Source: Amphiscolops sp. MND2022 (lineage: Eukaryota). Taken from it: 64,000 nt of DNA. This document shows positions 37,901 through 49,622 of this stretch, in pieces. Under the pieces are notes generated by a model. It had not been told where the DNA came from. It made no database searches and saw nothing but the letters and a program-made list of their open reading frames with translations. Both the position numbers and the translations under genes were made by a program. Location: assembly GCA_964187785.1 (NCBI GenBank), contig OZ076411.1, positions 43,028,001 through 43,092,000 on the forward strand. Direction: 5' to 3'. The stretch's first letter is position 1. Each line of letters begins with the position of its first letter.

Positions 37901-40840
37901 ATTGTCAATTCGACAGGTTGTTTCTGCTCTTCCAATTTGTATAGCGCATGAATTTGAATGAAATCACAAATCTATATAAAATTTGATTGGCTGAAAGTAT
38001 GCAAACAAAACATCTGTGTTATTACAGACAGTAGTCAAAAACTCAATGAGAGCAATAAAATATGTTATTATCAAAATTGTGGGAAAATACGAAGTGTGAA
38101 AATCCGGAGTAATTTACATGGCACAGGGCCGGGACCTCAAAATATTGTGTTATTACGAGAATTGTGTTATTATCTGGATTGTTATTACACGGTTTCGACT
38201 GCAGTTTCATTAAATTTTTTAGAATGGTAGTTTTTTTTAAAAAAAATTTCATAGTAGTAGAAAAAATCCATGAAAGCATTGAAAAATGCCCAAACTGACG
38301 GAAAAACACCAAGATGGGAACCTTTAGGCCTGAAAAACGTCTTTTTGTTTGTCTAAATAAGGAAAAAATTGAAGGGGTACCTCTTATGTACCAAGAAGTA
38401 TTTCGAAAAACTTTTGTCAAGGTTTGCTAACAAAGATTTTTACGCCGCGGCAAGCATCGAACCGACGATTGTCTGTGTGGGAAGCGTCCTTTCTAGTTAC
38501 TGGCTGCGTGAACAAACTGGCGACGTGATCAAAAATTCTGTTGAAAATGAACCCTTCTAATACATTCTTTTGCCCTACAAAAAACTAGTCAGTTTAACAG
38601 TCGCGCACATTTTCGTACAAAATGCGCCGACTAAAAACAACACTCTTTTTAACAATAATAACATGATAGCCTTCTGAAAATGTCAAAATACGGTACTTTT
38701 GGCATAAAGTGTAGCTTTTGACTACGTTATCAAAACTACATTAAATGGATCGCATGAAGCCTATATAAGTTCATGAGACATCAGATGGTTCCATTTCTTC
38801 AAAGCCTTGAACCAAATAGTTCCATGCATGAAAAAACGCATGAAAAGCATGGGTTTCATTTCATGGCTTCATAAACAGAATCGCTTGGAACTGTGTTGAT
38901 CATATCGCTTCATGCATGGTAGCCTCATAACTTTGGATATGAGAAAGCATACGCTGTGAAACGCATCGGGTATTACTTCCTGTACACTAGTCACATTTCA
39001 TGAAAATAATGCATTTTTCTGCTGAAAGTTTTTGTGAAGTTATTAGAATAGATTGAAGTTTCTGATTCCTAATGCGTTCATATGATTAAAAATTAGTTTC
39101 CGGCCAATAAATATTACATGGAACTCTTTTCTATCGGGTAACTAGTATCTAATTAGGATTTCCAGCAATTAAATGAGACCATTCCAACCTGAACCCTGAC
39201 TTCAGGCAAGTTGACCCTGGCTGCCAGCTCTTCGCGGCTGTACACGTCGGGGTAGTGAGACTTCTCGAAGGCCCGTTCAAGCTCGTGCAGTTGATATGTC
39301 GTGAAAGTTGTCCTGTTTCTCCTGTGTTTCTTACCAGACCCTTCTTCGTCGTCTTCATCCTCTTCTTCTTCATCGTCTTCTGCACTTTCTGCATGACTTG
39401 TGACGTCATCGCAAAGTGGCCCTGTTGAAAAATGAGTGACTTCCCTTCTAAATTTCTGAGAAAAATTTCATCTAATCATCTAACTTCAAAAGGACTTGAC
39501 AGACAGGGTGGTATCCATGCAAGGTTTCCGGTTTGTGCGCTTCGTTCTTCGAGAAAAATCACATTACCTTTGTTTTCATATTTTGATTTTCGTATTCTTT
39601 TTGAAGAGTGTCAGGGTTTTATCTTGAATGCATTTTCTAAAGCTTCAAGTTCAAGTTTTGAAAAAAGTTCTCCCATGTTTCAAAGAGGGTATACCCCCAG
39701 CATGATTTACATATGAACTTTTTTTTTTCAATTTAGCTGTCTTTTCTTCCATTCTTTTTTCGCATTCGTCTGAAATACATTTTTGATAAATGTTGGATAC
39801 TTAATTATTGGAAATTGGCTTTAAGTACATTAACATTAAATAATTACCTGAAGTGAAAGATTGTGTGCGTTTCATGATGGGCGATGTTTTAGAACAAGTC
39901 ACTGAAGCACCTTCTGACTTGGGAGCTGAATATCTGGGCCACAAATTGCCAGACTTAACTGCCAGATCTTTGCTGAGTAAAGGAAAGGTTTTTTCCGAAT
40001 CTGATAAATTGTTGGGATATTTTTTCAGTTCGAAGTCACCGCCGGTTTTGCTCTCTTTGCTCTCGTGGCCAGCTGAAAAATTTTATTAAAATTAAACAAT
40101 CTAATAGCCACAAATGTCTCGCGAGAATTTGATACATTTTCGATGAATGATGCGTGATAATTGTTCAATTGATTGCAGCTTGTAATGTTTAATTGAAAGC
40201 TAACAATGGCTAAAATTCTTGAAGAAAACAGAATAATGGCAAACTAAGTTTCATTGTTTTTCATTGACGTTAATTCTATTCACTCTTTTGTTCAAAAGGC
40301 TTGCTTGATCGTTTCAAACACTCAGGGGTAATCCTGCATTAATGAAAACTTCATGAAAGTTAATTAAATTTTTGTTTTTGACAAACTTCCGAAGCTTTTC
40401 AATGTAACTTAGATGTAAAATTATTTAAAAAAAGACAGATAAGATAAAAGATGGCGAATAAAAAATGATGAAAAAATTGAAACCATTGAATTAACACGTT
40501 TTATTTTGAATTTGATTTATCTTCCTGTGTCCGTGATCAAATTTGTTTCTAGTTGCCTTTTTTTATAGAAAAAAGTGCCTTTTAGTGAGCATTTCATGAC
40601 AGAATTAACTTGTTTATCTTTTTTGTGGCTAGGGATGTCAGACTTACGTTTGGTCAAGTTGCTTGTGGACTGATGAAGATCTAGAGTTCTGGAAGCAGAG
40701 TTATGGATGCCAAGAATGGAGCTGATAGAGTAAACTCGTTTCTCCGCAGAACTGCTGTCATCGGGAGAAGTTTGTGGGGTTGCTGACAAAAGTGAAGAGA
40801 GACGAAAGTTTTCCATGGGCGAAGAATTGTTAGACTCCAT
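28645..40840 (-). CDS. rx: Retinal homeobox protein Rx/Rax; join(complement) 40648-40840, 39848-40072, 39189-39421, 29172-29431, 28645-28936; 1203 nt, 400 aa
   Basis: Homeodomain [46 protein letters not shown]|[14 protein letters not shown] is almost identical to Rx; octapeptide [11 protein letters not shown]; Rx motif PTPLDNWL; all four introns GT-AG with matching phases (1,1,0,2). Confidence 0.95.
29172..29431 (-). CDS. rx: Rx coding exon 4 (homeodomain helix 3 end, Rx motif, poly-Ala)
   Basis: [17 protein letters not shown]...PTPLDNWL...AAAAAAAAAA; acceptor gtgttgtag, donor gg|GTGAGT. Confidence 0.97.
32560..32840 (-). repeat. Diverged copy of the tRNA-headed AT-rich repeat (Rx intron)
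   Basis: ttggtttagtgcgggactcgatccc matches ttggtttagtgcgagactcgaaccc at 34891-34915, with homologous flanks. Confidence 0.6.
32937..33130. mobile_element. GC-rich MITE-like segment with CCACCGGTGG palindromic repeats
   Basis: Starts TA|CCCGGGTT; about six CCACCGGTGG-type palindromes in 200 bp; matching right TIR not found. Confidence 0.5.
33480..34967. repeat. Modular AT-rich interspersed repeat with tRNA-like head at 34897-34967 (minus)
   Basis: Shares modules with 1-570; minus-strand head tgacctagtggttaaag...gggttcgagtctcgcact has A- and B-box. Confidence 0.6.
36913..38201 (-). mobile_element. Tigger-like (CENP-B/pogo) DNA transposon, internally deleted
   Basis: TIRs TA|cagtagacttcgtgtaataac and gttattacacggtttcgactg; minus-strand remnants [49 protein letters not shown]. 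Confidence 0.8.
36999..37170. repeat. 43-bp tandem repeat, 4 copies, inside the Tigger-like element
   Basis: aatgcattcta... recurs at 36999, 37042, 37085, 37128. Confidence 0.9.
38270..38640. repeat. Fragment of the modular AT-rich repeat with terminal hairpin
   Basis: Ends agtcagtttaacagtcgcg...gccgactaaaa like 527-568. Confidence 0.5.
39189..39421 (-). CDS. rx: Rx coding exon 3 (acidic tract and homeodomain residues up to 46)
   Basis: [27 protein letters not shown]...EVRVQ; acceptor tttcaacag, donor cag|GTTGGA. Confidence 0.97.
39848..40072 (-). CDS. rx: Rx coding exon 2 (predicted)
   Basis: 225-nt stop-free symmetric phase-1 exon between ttttcag acceptor and g|GTAATT donor; not in the ORF track. 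Confidence 0.7.
40648..40840 (-). CDS. rx: Rx coding exon 1 (octapeptide)
   Basis: aacaaaATG start, [18 protein letters not shown]...[11 protein letters not shown]; donor aaac|GTAAGT at 40647. Confidence 0.85.
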
Positions 40841-41039
40841 TTTGTTTGGATATCTGACTTGGAACCGAGAAAAAATTGGAAACGACAATTTTTTCACCAA
40901 ATTGGAAATATCAAGAGCTGAAACGATCTTTCTAATAACTATTTCTGTGGGGAGTTGATATTGTTTTCATTTCGTATTTGATCAGTTTTTAATGTGAAAT
41001 GAATGACGGGAAGGGTGAAAGTGGGAGCCTACTTTGGTG

Positions 41040-41110
41040 AGGATTGGCTAGACGAGGAGCAATTTGATTGGCTGCTGTTGAAAGGCCTGCGGGATTGCTA
41101 ATTGGTTGTT
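41040..41110 (-). promoter_or_regulatory. CCAAT-box cluster upstream of Rx start
   Basis: ATTGG at ~41043, ~41066 and 41101, i.e. three CCAAT motifs on the Rx strand 200-270 bp upstream of the ATG. Confidence 0.4.
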
Positions 41111-43749
41111 TACATGGAAATAAAATTGATGGATTAAAGCACTTAACGGCGGTGGCTACTTAACCTATGTTTTGACGTCCTCCTAGAAAGACTACTTCAG
41201 GTGTGGCGAAGCTTGTTTTTCCCTTGCAGAGTCTTCAACATGGATTGCTGTATATATTGGTTCGAGCAATAAAGAAGCTACACAGGAAGCTAGATTTCCA
41301 AGGATTGATGAACTTGATTCATAAAACAAAACAGTTGTCTATTAAACGATGCGGCGGGAATTGTTGATGGCAAAAAAATTTGGGTTCTTAACAGGAGAGT
41401 TTGATCCCTCATTGGAGAGAAAATTTGAGGAAGGTGTGAAAGTTTGTTGAGAAGTGTAGGTGTGGACTGGACCTTAGTGGGTGCTGGATTTAAACAAGGG
41501 GGTTGTTTGGGGTGTTAGGCGGTGTTGTAGGCGCGAGTGGGTTGATGATGGAAGATGCGTCGTCACTGGGCTGAGTTGCGACGGACGAGGTGATGGTAGG
41601 CTGGTTGTTAGTTGTAATTTATAGGAAAGACTATATAATAGGAATGTAGCAGGTCCACGGGGCAAATGTGCGATTTAATCCGGGAGTGTTAATAAAATTA
41701 TTGACTTATCTCAATTTAGATTTATTCACAGCGGCCGCATTCTGAAAAATTGCGCAATAAAAGAGGGGAATTTTTTCATTAAGCTTATTACCCCGACCTG
41801 TCACAAATTATCCTCTGGTTAAATGAACAATGTCTTGAGTCGATTTCATAATGAAAGGAATAAAAAATCGTGTTAACCTCATAATTTAATTATTGTCCAA
41901 ATTTAACATGGAATACATCATCCATTCACCTGACAAAGCCAAGTTACCACTACCACCCCCTCCAATCCTATCCTACCCGTGGAACAACCCGTACAACTGG
42001 TCGGGTACAACACAGGTACCGGTAAACTTCTTCCTTCTCTTCCTTTTTCCCTTGCTCTTCCCGGCTTTTGACCATCCCGCCATTTCATCATCCTTACAGC
42101 CCTAAACAAAATTCACTTTTGACTCTTTGTGACTTGCACCAATTAGAGACTTCCACTTAAACCCTTTGCCACACTCGGGGCTACAGCTCGACTTGATTTC
42201 ACTTCACTTGCCCGTGAATAGCTAATTTAAATGGCACAAATGTTGTCTTAGAACTGATTACGTCACTTGCAAGATAAGAAAACAGGCAATGAAAGGCTAA
42301 CAGGAGGTATCGTTTGCCCCCAGGCCGGTTTAAACAGTTTGGCAGTTACAGTGCCAAAAGGGAATTAACAGAGTGCAGCAGCGATTTCACTTTTGTCATC
42401 TTTCGGAGCTCCAGTGGAAACTACCACTTATCTTTTATAACCACTTGTAACTAACTACCTGTAACTGCTAATATTCCGGCGCTTTTTGAGATAAGACAAA
42501 TTTCACAAATTAACCACTTCGCCTACCTAAAATGGCATTTTTTCTCAATCAGTTATGTTATTTTTTTGTGTGAAAAATGAAAATATCAAATGTCGATTTT
42601 TGATGGTTTAGCAAGTCATCAAAGGCGGTTCTCTTATTTGAAGGAAAAAACTTTGTGGGCAGGTCGGTTTGATGATGCAAAGTCCCCGAACGCCGCCTAA
42701 GTTTATAAAATTTCCACTTAAACAATTTAATGTCGCAACTTTATCTGAAATTGGCCGAGAATGTCGAGTTTATTATCGCCCCACATCTTAGAGGAATCTT
42801 AATGGGTTTTAAGTGGTATCGTCTCTGAATATGTCTCTAATGACATGAGCCTGCGATAGAAGTCAAACAACTCATCAGTGGTGGCCAGCAGGGGTAAACT
42901 ACCTGTCCACTGGGCGGCCACACTCTTCCCCATCTATCCCACAAGTGAAGACCCACTCCATCTAAGGTATCAAAAATTCTCGGAAAAGGGTGATTTTTCT
43001 ATCGACTCAGTGTAAAAAAGCAAAAACTAGAAGAAACAACTTACTGAAAAAAACTTTGATACTTTTGCCCTATCAACAAGAAACTATTATTCAGCAGAGT
43101 GTCTCTAAGGTACCAGACTTTTTCTGCTAGTAGTGACATCAAACCAGCACAGTTACCGCCTAAACTAGTCTTTTAAAACTGTAATCATTGAAAAGGGTTC
43201 TTCCACAAATATTCCACAAGAGAAGTACGTTCTAAATGTTTAAATTTCTTGCTAAAGCCAAATAATAACAACAACAACATTTAAATGATGCACAAATAAA
43301 TATAAAAGCGCAGACTATATAAACGAACAGAATTATACCTATGCCAGATGAGAACAACACAAAAAAGTTGGTGGAAAACCAAAACAAATTAATGCAGTTT
43401 TTACGTATTCTAGACTAGTATACAATCTACGGGGTCGCTTGGAACTTTCCGATCTGAAAATTTGCGTTTCCATGCCAACTTTTTGTGTTTTCTTCACCTT
43501 TCGCCTGAAAAAAAAAGACGAAAACTACAAAAAAAGCCATTCCGATGAGCAAAACTGCAAAATTAACAAATGAATCACCAACTTTTATTATGCATTAGAA
43601 GGTGCCGTTACATTAATCCCGGGGTTTGGGCGTGACATCCTGTCGTTCACAGTGGACTGCACATCATCGTTCCCCCAGTTGAACCCTAAAACTAGAATTG
43701 TCAAACTGGTGTAGAGCCACCATCGCATTCGATGAATTAGCACTGCAGC

Positions 43750-45990
43750 CTCATTTGTGACTAATCTTTGCACTTTTGTCTTTTTCAGATTCTACAAAAC
43801 GAAAGATAAAGATTGACTTCAAAGACAACAGAATAAAAGTCAAAAATGTTTTGTGCCTTTGTTTTTAGACCGATAAAACAGATTGGAATGTCAAGGTATT
43901 ACAATTTCAACGTGTGCCTAGTAATTAACGATACCGAAGATTTTACTTCCTTGTAATTAGTGAATGTTGAACGGTACTGTCGACAAACTATCTGAAGACA
44001 TGTTGATAAACAGTGTTTTCTGAGCCAGTGTTCTTTTACTAAGTGAACCAAAAAAGGACGCATAAAAAAGACACTAGCAATCTTCCAATTTCTGTCAGCA
44101 ATTTAGAAGCTCTTGTTACGCTGAAGACAAAATTTATCAATCGATGAACAAAGTACAATCCCCTAGTAAGAACAAGTGGTTACGGAGAAAACACACTGAA
44201 GTTGAGATGGAGCTAATCTAGATCTGCCGTCAAAATACTTTAGATAGTGAAAAAGGATCTGTAAAAGGAATCAAAACCAACCCAAAATTCTTTTATAACT
44301 ACAACAGTAATTTTACGAAAACCGAAACAATGTGCGTCCACTGGAAACAGGGAAATGGGAACTAATGCAAAAACCAGATATAAATGCTGATTTGCTATCC
44401 CTACAAACAAAACAATTCCGTCTACAAAGTGCCCTGTGAAAAACTACGCTCTTCAAACACGGTAGTTTTCGTTACCAAACAAGACAACAAGTTTGATGCC
44501 AAAGACATGACACAAGCAATTGATACACTGGAGTTGACTGTTGCCGCTGAAATTCACAGCCTCCCTGCACTGCAGCTGAAGAAATGCATATCCCTCGATA
44601 CTCCACTTCATGCTATTGTGAAATTGTCTCGCGAAACAAGAAATTCCATTCAAACACATCCCGATCACACCAATTTACGTAGACAAAAGTGAAGATAACG
44701 TAGAAAATTACAGATCAGTAGCACTGCTTTTACAAAATATCGAAGTATATGAAGTATGTGAAAAGGTTGTGCAGAAATATCTAGTGCATCACAGTGAAGA
44801 CACGAATGTTTTCAATGATTCTCAACATGATCGTGTCTCAGCCAGCTCCTGGCTCAACGTAATGACGTGTTAGAGGCCTTTGAGGACGCAATAACACTGA
44901 TGTCATCAACGTTGTATTCGGAAAAAGCTTTCGTTAAAGTCGACTTCAATGTTCTTCTGCAAAAACTTGAAAACATTGGCATGAAAGACGAAAGCACAAC
45001 TGGATTAGAGTTGTCACAACATAACCAACCCATCTGTTCGTTGTGAAGGAGCATATATCGAAACCAGGTAATGTGACTTCCAGTGTTCCACAAACAAGTT
45101 TGCTGGGAACTCTTCCTTTTCTCGTCTTTATGATAGACATCGACTGAACCTTGAAATTTTCAATACTCAGAAGTTTCGCTGATAACACTACAAAAACTAC
45201 AAAAAGGATCAAAGACTACGAAGTCACTGAAGCTCTCCGAATGATCCTGGAACAATTTTACGAGTGGGCTGAAAGAAACAACAAGGAATTTTTCCTTCGT
45301 CTAATGTTTGAGCTATGGGCTACGGAGATGGGAATGAAGTCAAAACCATTGCACAAATTTTCAGTGGTCTCTGAACTATCACCTTGTTGTTCGTGACCTT
45401 GGAAAAACCATGAGTGTGCGCACATTGGAACCATTGTGTTGACAACCCAATCGACTGCCTCATCAATCTGCAGATTTTTCAACACCCAATCGCCTGAACT
45501 ACTATTACAGCTTTAAAAATCTCTAATATTGTCAAATATAAACTGTTGTCAACTATGGAATCCAAAAAGAAAATGGAGATCAACAAGCTGGAGACTCTTC
45601 ATACAGGTTTCACTCTCCACATTGCTGGTGCATCTGAACTCAACAAGAAGATCGACTGAAAAACTTCCGTTGATACCCTCATGGAAGATGACGAGAAAGA
45701 TACATTAGCTGTTAATGTCTGGACAATTATTAGAGACTTTGGTGCCACAGACTGTTTTCAAACCAGATTCCGAATTTCGAATTTCATCATCAAGAGTTCA
45801 AAACTGTTCACCTGGTTACCATGGCAGCCTAGACCAATGACAAACTACTGTATAGAGCTGTATAAAACAAAGTAGCAGATTTTTCGAATTTCTTTTAGTT
45901 GAATCATTGGTGCCCCATTCACAAGCTCACGGTTGAACAACCCTAATAGACATTACCGAGGCCCAGACAGTTCACCTCTAAAATTGGTAC
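43750..45990 (+). mobile_element. Degenerate CR1/L2-like LINE (reverse transcriptase and 3' region)
   Basis: Manual translation RSCLSQLLA..DVLEA...KAF.KVDFNVLLQKLENIG, VTSSVPQ, SILRSFADNT (cf. FADDT), LEQFYEWAERNN; heavily mutated; 5' boundary uncertain. Confidence 0.8.
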
Positions 45991-46074
45991 ATTAACCACC
46001 GGGCAGAGTTGTAGATGACGGTCTTTGACAAGGCTCACCAGTCAGCATGTCCTGGGAAAGTCTTTCAACAAGAA

Positions 46075-46245
46075 AGCAAGCCAACAAACAATCAAACGAA
46101 CAAACAAACAAACAAACAAACAAACAAACAAACAAAGGAACAAACAAGACCTCGCTAAGCACCGAGTTATTTTCCGCTGAAAAAACGCATCAGCCGGAGT
46201 TCGACCTCGCGACCTCGCGTCTGCTACTAACTGCGCCAAGTAACT
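46075..46245 (-). mobile_element. Short tRNA-derived SINE with (TTTG)n tail
   Basis: Minus strand ttggcgcagttagtagc (A-box)...gaggtcgaactcc (B-box), short body, then (TTTG)n microsatellite at 46085-46148. Confidence 0.65.
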
Positions 46246-49200
46246 AACTAGTCAAGTAACTATATAAAATAGTCAAGTAGTTAAAGTAGTTAAGTGGTAG
46301 AGCGTGGAGATTTGTCAGAATTTAGGGTAAAAAGCGCATCACAGATCATGAATTTCATCCCTTATTATATGTGGGCGGAAAACAACAAACAAAAACATCA
46401 AATCGACATGAAAGAATATGATTTGAATTAAAATTGTGCATTTTTTCTCACATGGGACTTCTCCAGTTTTTCCCCTGGAGTTAAAGAAACGACGATAAAA
46501 TTTTTTGATCAAGTGGTGCTCCTGGAAATCGAAAACTATCCATCTTTGGGAATGTATAATTTCGAACTCAATGAGCTGAAATCTAAAAAACAATGAGCAC
46601 TGATTCACGTCATTGGTTTTTTATTTTCTAACATACTCCGTGTTGAATGGAAAAACCCATGTGGTTTCCTTATTTCATTCAATGTAAGGTGTGTTAACCT
46701 GATTTACCGGACAAACTTCCCAGATAGTTTTCTTCACGATAGCAGACAAGAAATTTCGGCATGACTCATTTAACTATCAACCTCTCTGAATGTTTTTTCT
46801 TCACAAGAACAACATATAAGACACCATTGGAAATCCTTGATCGCTAGAAATTCAAGGGACTGGAATCGAAGATCGAAATCAAAACAGTCCATCAGTGTAA
46901 TTTCTCAGTGCGATCAGTGTCGTTTCTCGCTCTAATCTATGGTTTCATTAGTGATCCTTTTCTCATTCGATGTTGGGGCCATCCCAACATTTTTTCGTAT
47001 CTGTTGTCCAAAAAGTATTTGGTCACGTGTTCCATCTTATTATGAGAACATCCATGTTCTCAGTTGACTCTTCGGTACCTGCATTGGACCACAACCGGAA
47101 ACGAAGTTCCTTTGAAGTTTTCAGGATCTTGATGCCTGGGTTAATGGTCAACAGGAGAGGAACGTCTTAGGGCTAAAAAACGAATACAATGAGACGCTCT
47201 TTTCATGAAAATTCCGAAAAATCTCACTCGGAATTTTACAGAAATTACTCGGAATGAACAGAATACCCAAATCCTCCACCAAATTCTTTCTTCGGCTTGA
47301 ATGGGTATTTCGTAATTCAATTGTCGAAAAACTCCAGGGGTGACCCTTTGCACTGTTGTAGCAACGTTTGCTCACTCTAACTTCTGTTAGAACTAACTTT
47401 GGTGAACTATAATTTTTTGGATTGCAGTTTTACCACTCGAGGGGTCATTCGGTTTTCCCGAGATCACAAGTACTGATGTGGTGTAAAACTTCATGTCTTT
47501 TATACCGCAGTATTACGGACATGATAGTGAGGAAAACATTGAATGGTAATAGGTCTGGAAAAGCATCAGAGGAGTGTAATATTTCCAACATGTGAAATCT
47601 TTCTGAACATTCCAACACCAGAACAAAACGCCCGCTGAGCTTAGGTGTATTTTCTGCCCTCATTTACAGTGGCGATTTAGCAACGACATATTTTGAAAAG
47701 GCTCGAGCGTAATCAATAAACTCACGCTAACAACAACGATCTAAACATGCACATAAATTGAAAATTTGGAATAATAAACTTCCTGCTTATTTGGTACATT
47801 TCTTTCTAGGCTATTGGAAACACAGGAATACATCCAGGTGACAAGAAACTGAAAGTCATCTAATTTAACCGAATGTCCGCCAGTGACACGAATTGGTAAG
47901 GGAAGATTCGAGGTTACAAAAGTTTACACTTCAGGTCGCTGTCTGAGAGCTAAGAAGGTAGGCCGCTAATTGATATTCTAACAGTCGTGGATATCCGGTT
48001 TATAAAAACCTTCTAAAACCGCAACTAAGTAGTCGTTCCGTTCTTCACTTTTTCCAGATAAAAAGCTTTTTTTTTCAAGTAAAGATAGAATTCTAACGTT
48101 TTCCTTCACTGAATCATACCACTGACGTTTTGAATTTGACATTTACGCTTCGATCTGAAGGTCAAATTTCATTTCTGATCCTTTTTCCTTTCTTGTTGCT
48201 CGAAATGCCGCTTTTATTTCAGACGGATGTTCGAAGAGTAATTTGATTTTAGTTATTCCAGTTTCTGTTTATGAAAAAATATCGCCTGTTTCTGAAAAAT
48301 TCTGAATTGTTTATCGCCTTAAAACTCAAGTTATTACGACCTGGTCACATAGGAATGTGGTTTGAGCGACCTGGTCATATAGGAATGTGGTTTTGGGCGT
48401 TTGAACTTTGGTTACCTTAGTATTTGCTGTGCGAAGAAAATGTTTCAAAGCAAATTCGGGAAAATGATAAGTTATAAAGCGAGTTTAGGTTGTGGTTATT
48501 AGAGTTTGAAGAGAAGTTAGAGAAGACGTTACTTGTTTCCCAAAAATACTTTTGACTTGAGTTTTTCTGGAGCTAGAAACAAAAAACCGGAAAGATGGTA
48601 TTGGATCATTAAGTTCAAAAGGAAAGACTCTTTTTTTCGACTCTTTTGGTGTTTCTAAAATTGATTGAATCTGTCACAAGAACACCAACGATGATCGAAT
48701 TGTAAGTATCAATACTTTTCAAGTATCAATAGATTCTTCCCGGTTCTCCAAAACAATTTTCCCGCAGTCATTTAACAAAGGGCAGCGAAGTTCTTATGAC
48801 AGATTCGGTAAGAAGGAAGTCTTTGCGTTTGCTTAGCAGTACGTTTTCCCAGCTAGTGACGAGTTTAGTAGTTATTTCCCTTGTCTTAAATTGCCTCAAC
48901 GAGTGTCATGCACACATGAAGGTAATATAATGACACACTTGTATAAACGCAACCATGGAGTAAGAGTAAAAAAAACAAACACAATTACAATTTTTATAAT
49001 CATAAACCGATCGTATTCGACATATATTGAGGAAAAACGAAGGAAACCCATGATCTCGGAGGCCTATCCAAGAAACAACAAACAGAAGGATGATGCACAA
49101 AATGCCCATGTAGTTGGGTACGAGAAAAGAAGTAAAATTGCCCAAAATGGTACACAGAATGAAGAAAACAGCTCATTAAAATGAAATAATGGAGAAGCAA

Positions 49201-49622
49201 AGGGAAACAACAAGAGTCGAATACAAAACGATGACTCAAGAACAAAAAGATATGAAAGGTATGCGATGTAAGCGGACAAAATGGCATCCAAAGAGCTGTG
49301 AAGATATGAATGCACAGTTATCAGAAAACGTCAGAAAGTGGTTATAGACGAATGGTTAACAGAACTGCAGAGACGACACTAAGGAAGGGAAAAAATGGGG
49401 TCAATGAATAAGCGAAGCTGAGCACATAGCACATAGGTTCAAGAACGAGTGAAAAAAATATAGATGTTAGAAACTGACTGTGAAGCGGTTGGAGTGAAGC
49501 GGTTGTTATTACAAAGAGAGTAACAGAAAAGTACAACAGACTGGTACTGAGAAGAAAACACACAACACTCAGGAGTCCAAAAGGACGGGATAAATGGCGC
49601 TAGCAGATAACGCCTTGAAAAG

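Noticed and set aside
41474-41665. P/T/S-rich minus-strand stretch upstream of Rx as an additional coding exon
   Set aside because: Frames end in stops and no donor links it in phase to the Rx ORF; may be 5' UTR or promoter.
43588-43773. GC-richer segment with short ORFs on both strands as a host exon
   Set aside because: No recognisable domain and no consistent pair of splice sites.
4388-46245. tRNA-like segments at 4388, 32821, 34897 and 46190 as tRNA genes
   Set aside because: A/B boxes present but no pairing acceptor stem or clean anticodon arm; attached to repeat bodies or microsatellite tails, so SINE-like.
48339-48399. 30-bp two-copy duplication gacctggtcacataggaatgtggtttgagc
   Set aside because: Ordinary local duplication with no associated structure.
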